A stretch of DNA of 64,000 nt from an uncultured Hyphomicrobiales bacterium. Lineage in GTDB: Bacteria > Pseudomonadota > Alphaproteobacteria > Rhizobiales > Beijerinckiaceae. The stretch covers positions 5,169-69,168 of the forward strand of contig CAINNX010000087.1 of NCBI GenBank assembly GCA_903851305.1, in the 5' to 3' direction. Below are positions 60,504-64,000 of this stretch, piece after piece. Below the pieces are notes generated by a model. That model made no database searches. It was not told where the DNA came from and saw only the letters and a list, made by a program, of their open reading frames with translations. The position numbers and the translations under genes were made by a program. Every line of letters begins with the position of its first letter. Within the stretch, counting starts at the first letter, position 1.

Positions 60504-61880
60504 ATGGCCGTGAATGTTCTCATGCCCGCTCTGTCCCCCACGATGGAACAGGGCAAGCTTGCCAAATGGGTTAAAAAAGTCGGCGATACGGTGAAGTCTG
60601 GCGACGTGCTCGCCGAGATTGAAACCGACAAGGCCCTGATGGAAGTGGAAGCCGTCGACGAAGGCGTGCTGGCTGCCATTCTGATTCCTGACGGCACAGA
60701 AAATGTCGCCGTGAACACGCCGATCGCTGTTATCGCTGCTGAAGGCGAAAGCGCTGATGCAGCTCCAGTGACTGCATCCAAACCAGTTTCGCCAGAACTA
60801 GCAACGCAAAAGCCTGCTGCTGCTGTTTCTGCATCGGATGCACCAACCGCTCCCGTCGTAGCTATTGCAGCTGCTTCTGATGTGCCACCTGGCACACCAA
60901 TGGTGGCGATGACGGTGCGCGAAGCTTTGCGCGATGCCATGGCAGAAGAAATGCGTGCGGACGAAGACGTCTTCATCATGGGCGAAGAGGTCGCTGAATA
61001 TCAGGGCGCCTATAAAATCACCCAAGGCTTGTTGCAGGAATTTGGTGCGCGCCGTGTGATTGATACGCCGATAACCGAACATGGTTTTGCCGGCATCGGT
61101 GTTGGCGCAGCTATGACAGGCCTGAAGCCGATTGTGGAATTTATGACCTTTAACTTCGCCATGCAGGCGATTGACCAGATCATCAATTCGGCTGCCAAGA
61201 CGCTTTATATGTCAGGCGGCCAGATGGGTTGCCCGATTGTGTTTCGTGGTCCCAATGGTGCGGCTGCTCGCGTAGCGGCACAACATTCACAGGATTATGC
61301 AGCATGGTATTCGCAGATCCCGGGCTTGAAAGTGGTTGCTCCCTACACAGCCGCTGATTTCAAGGGCCTGATGAAGTCTGCCATTCGCGACCCCAATCCG
61401 ATCATTTTCCTTGAGAATGAAATTCTCTACGGTCAGACGTTCGATGTCCCCCAGATGGATGATTACACCGTGCCGATTGGTAAGGCGCGTATTCATCGCA
61501 CCGGCAAGGATGTGACGCTGGTGTCTTGGTCGATTGGCATGACTTACGCGATTAAGGCTGCTGATGAACTCGCCAAGGAAGGCATTGAAGCGGAGATTAT
61601 CGATCTGCGCACAATTCGTCCGATGGATGTGGACACGATCATCGCCTCTGTTCAGAAGACAGGCCGTTGCGTGACAGTTGAAGAAGGCTGGCCGCAATCG
61701 GGCGTAGGCGCAGAAATCGCTGCTCGCGTGATGGAACGGGCTTTTGACTGGCTCGATGCACCGGTTGTGCGTGTCACGGGCAAGGATGTCCCCATGCCTT
61801 ATGCTGCTAACCTTGAGAAGCTTGCGCTTCCAAATGTCGGCGAAGTCATTCAGGCGGCGAAAGCCGTGCTCTATCGCTAA
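60504..61880 (+). CDS. pdhB: Pyruvate dehydrogenase E1 beta subunit with N-terminal lipoyl domain
   Basis: Lipoyl motif ETDKA, then [21 protein letters not shown] and FRGPNG. Confidence 0.97.
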   Translation: MAVNVLMPALSPTMEQGKLAKWVKKVGDTVKSGDVLAEIETDKALMEVEAVDEGVLAAILIPDGTENVAVNTPIAVIAAEGESADAAPVTASKPVSPELATQKPAAAVSASDAPTAPVVAIAAASDVPPGTPMVAMTVREALRDAMAEEMRADEDVFIMGEEVAEYQGAYKITQGLLQEFGARRVIDTPITEHGFAGIGVGAAMTGLKPIVEFMTFNFAMQAIDQIINSAAKTLYMSGGQMGCPIVFRGPNGAAARVAAQHSQDYAAWYSQIPGLKVVAPYTAADFKGLMKSAIRDPNPIIFLENEILYGQTFDVPQMDDYTVPIGKARIHRTGKDVTLVSWSIGMTYAIKAADELAKEGIEAEIIDLRTIRPMDVDTIIASVQKTGRCVTVEEGWPQSGVGAEIAARVMERAFDWLDAPVVRVTGKDVPMPYAANLEKLALPNVGEVIQAAKAVLYR

Positions 61881-61894
61881 AGGGAGCGCGGACC

Positions 61895-63202
61895 ATGCCC
61901 ATCAACATTCTGATGCCAGCCCTGTCTCCAACGATGGAAAAGGGCAATCTTGCCCGCTGGCTGAAAAAAGAAGGCGATACGATCAAAGCCGGTGATGTGC
62001 TGGCCGAGATCGAAACTGACAAGGCGACCATGGAAGTGGAAGCAGTCGATGAAGGCATTCTCGCCAAAATCATCGTTGCAGATGGCACGATGGATGTGGC
62101 GGTCAACACGCTGATTGGCGTGATTGCGGCCGAAGGCGAAGATGTGAAAGCGGCGGCGACATCGGGAGGCGCGTCTGCGTCTGCGCCAAAGGCGGCGGCG
62201 GCTCCTGTGGCTGCACCTGCTGCGGTTGCAGCTCCGACGACAGCTGCACCTGTTGCGGCTCTTGAAGCAGCGCCCGGTGCGCGCGTGTTTGCTTCACCGC
62301 TGGCACGCCGCATTGCCAAAGATGCTCGCATCGATCTGGCGCGCGTCAAGGGCACGGGTCCGCATGGACGTATTGTCGAGCGCGACGTGCGCGCGGCCAT
62401 GGCTGGCGGGACTGCATTGGCTGCACCTGCGGGTGCATCTGCCCCAAGTGCCCCGATGGGCATGTCGGATGCGACCATCCGCAAATTCTTTGCAGATGGT
62501 TCGTACGAAGAAATCCCGCACGACTCGATGCGCAAGACCATTGCGCGTCGTCTGGTCGAAGCCAAGCAGACAATCCCGCATTTCTATCTGACGATGGATT
62601 GCGAGCTCGACACACTCTTGGCTGCACGCGAAGCAATCAATGCACAAGCTCCGAAAGACAAGGATGGCAAGCCAGCCTACAAAGTCTCTGTCAATGACTT
62701 TATCATCAAGGCTCTTGCCGTTGCGCTGCAACGCTTGCCGGATGCCAACGTCACTTGGACTGAAGGCGCGATGCTCAAGCACCAACATTCCGATGTTGGT
62801 GTGGCAGTGTCGATACCCGGTGGTCTGATCACGCCAATCGTGCGCATGGCTGAAACCAAAGGTCTCGCGCAGATCTCGAATGAGATGAAGGATTACGCGG
62901 CACGAGCGCGGGCGCGGAAACTGAAGCCGGAAGAATATCAGGGTGGCACATCAGCTGTGTCGAACCTTGGTATGTTCGGCATCAAAAATTTCTCTGCAGT
63001 CATCAACCCCCCGCACGCGACCATTTTGGCCGTCGGCGCAGGGGAGCAGCGCATTGTTGTCAAAAAAGGTGCGCCGGCTGTGGCAACCGTGATGAGCGTA
63101 ACGCTTTCAACCGATCATCGGGCCGTTGATGGCGCTTTGGGTGCGGAACTGATTTCCGCCTTCAAGACGCTGATCGAAAACCCCATGGGAATGTTGGTGT
63201 AA
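61895..63202 (+). CDS. pdhC: Dihydrolipoamide acetyltransferase (E2)
   Basis: Lipoyl ETDKAT, E3-binding ASPLARRIA...GTGPHGRI, and catalytic DHRAVDG. Confidence 0.97.
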   Translation: MPINILMPALSPTMEKGNLARWLKKEGDTIKAGDVLAEIETDKATMEVEAVDEGILAKIIVADGTMDVAVNTLIGVIAAEGEDVKAAATSGGASASAPKAAAAPVAAPAAVAAPTTAAPVAALEAAPGARVFASPLARRIAKDARIDLARVKGTGPHGRIVERDVRAAMAGGTALAAPAGASAPSAPMGMSDATIRKFFADGSYEEIPHDSMRKTIARRLVEAKQTIPHFYLTMDCELDTLLAAREAINAQAPKDKDGKPAYKVSVNDFIIKALAVALQRLPDANVTWTEGAMLKHQHSDVGVAVSIPGGLITPIVRMAETKGLAQISNEMKDYAARARARKLKPEEYQGGTSAVSNLGMFGIKNFSAVINPPHATILAVGAGEQRIVVKKGAPAVATVMSVTLSTDHRAVDGALGAELISAFKTLIENPMGMLV

Positions 63203-63203
63203 C

Positions 63204-64000
63204 ATGATGGCCACCTATGACGTTCTCATCATTGGTTCGGGACCCGGTGGTTATGTCACCGCTATCCGCGCGGCCCAACTTGGTCTGAAAACTGCAATTG
63301 TCGAGCGCGAGCATTTGGGCGGTATCTGCCTCAACTGGGGTTGTATTCCGACCAAGGCATTGTTGCGTTCGGCCGAGATTTATCACTACGCACAACATGC
63401 GCAGGATTATGGTCTGAAGATCGAAGGCAAAGTGACCTTTGATCCTGCGGCTGTGGTGAAGCGTTCGCGTGGCGTGTCGCAACAATTGAATGGCGGCGTT
63501 GGCTTCTTGCTCAAGAAGAACAAGGTCGATGTGATCTGGGGCGAGGCGGTCATCGACAAGCCCGGCCAGGTCACGGTCTCAGCCACCAAAAAAGCTGCCG
63601 TGCAGCCGCAAAATCCCATTCCCAAAGGCACTTTGGGTGAGGGCGTCTATCAGGCCAAAAACATCATTGTTGCCACTGGCGCACGTCCTCGCGTGCTTCC
63701 CGGAATTGAGCCGGATGGCAAACTGATCTGGACTTATTTCGAGGCCATGGTGCCGCCGGAATTCCCCAAATCGCTGATCGTCATGGGCTCAGGCGCCATC
63801 GGTATTGAATTTGCCAGCTTCTATCGCACCATGGGCTGCGATGTGACGGTGGTCGAAGTCATGCCGCAGGTCCTGCCGGTTGAGGATGCGGAAATCGCGG
63901 GCCTTGCGCGCAAGCGTTTTGAAAAGGCTGGTATCAAGATTCTGACATCCACCAAAGTCAGTAAGGTCGAGAAGAAAGCTAATAGCGTTGTCTGCACGCT
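63204..64000 (+). CDS. lpdA: Dihydrolipoamide dehydrogenase (E3), 3' end outside the window
   Basis: My translation gives IIGSGPGGY, GGICLNWGCIPTK, ATGARPR and GSGAIG. Not in the ORF track because it runs off the window. Confidence 0.96.
   Translation, partial: MMATYDVLIIGSGPGGYVTAIRAAQLGLKTAIVEREHLGGICLNWGCIPTKALLRSAEIYHYAQHAQDYGLKIEGKVTFDPAAVVKRSRGVSQQLNGGVGFLLKKNKVDVIWGEAVIDKPGQVTVSATKKAAVQPQNPIPKGTLGEGVYQAKNIIVATGARPRVLPGIEPDGKLIWTYFEAMVPPEFPKSLIVMGSGAIGIEFASFYRTMGCDVTVVEVMPQVLPVEDAEIAGLARKRFEKAGIKILTSTKVSKVEKKANSVVCT

Noticed and set aside
60504-60900. Lipoyl domain fused to E1 beta
   Set aside because: This is a known feature of many alphaproteobacterial PdhB proteins.

Overview
A mostly chromosomal core window from a GC-rich alphaproteobacterium, most likely order Hyphomicrobiales (Rhizobiales). 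This is inferred from popZ, exoR, an HWE kinase, chrR, a lipoylated PdhB, fused ispDF and the glnB-glnA order. Contents from left to right: (1) the SUF Fe-S operon; (2) a four-gene lipid A modification cluster; (3) an accessory catabolic patch with a MetE-core-like Zn enzyme, two orphan Bug/TctC binding proteins, a luciferase-like monooxygenase and a dihydroxyphthalate-decarboxylase-like protein, punctuated by two 87-bp CGTC palindromic repeats; (4) a DEAD-box helicase and parE; (5) an FNR/FixK-box-preceded pair of an eRF1/Pelota-like small protein and a cytochrome c; (6) glnBA, cysK and sseA; (7) a consolidated singlet-oxygen (sigmaE/ChrR-type) locus: photolyase plus furan-fatty-acid-type genes, an atypical ChrR without its sigma factor, and an SDR that appears to start at CTG; (8) tRNA-Cys and tRNA-Asn; (9) an HWE kinase and a BTLCP peptidase with its catalytic Cys replaced; (10) pcm-tolC-popZ-valS, exoR and a HerA-like ATPase; (11) transporters, rimO, cinA-ispDF and ftsB-pdhABC-lpdA. 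No integrase, transposase, prophage or CRISPR array was seen. All calls are motif and synteny recognition by eye, with no database searches. Many start codons were moved from the ORF track to the ATG with a ribosome-binding site or stop/start overlap.
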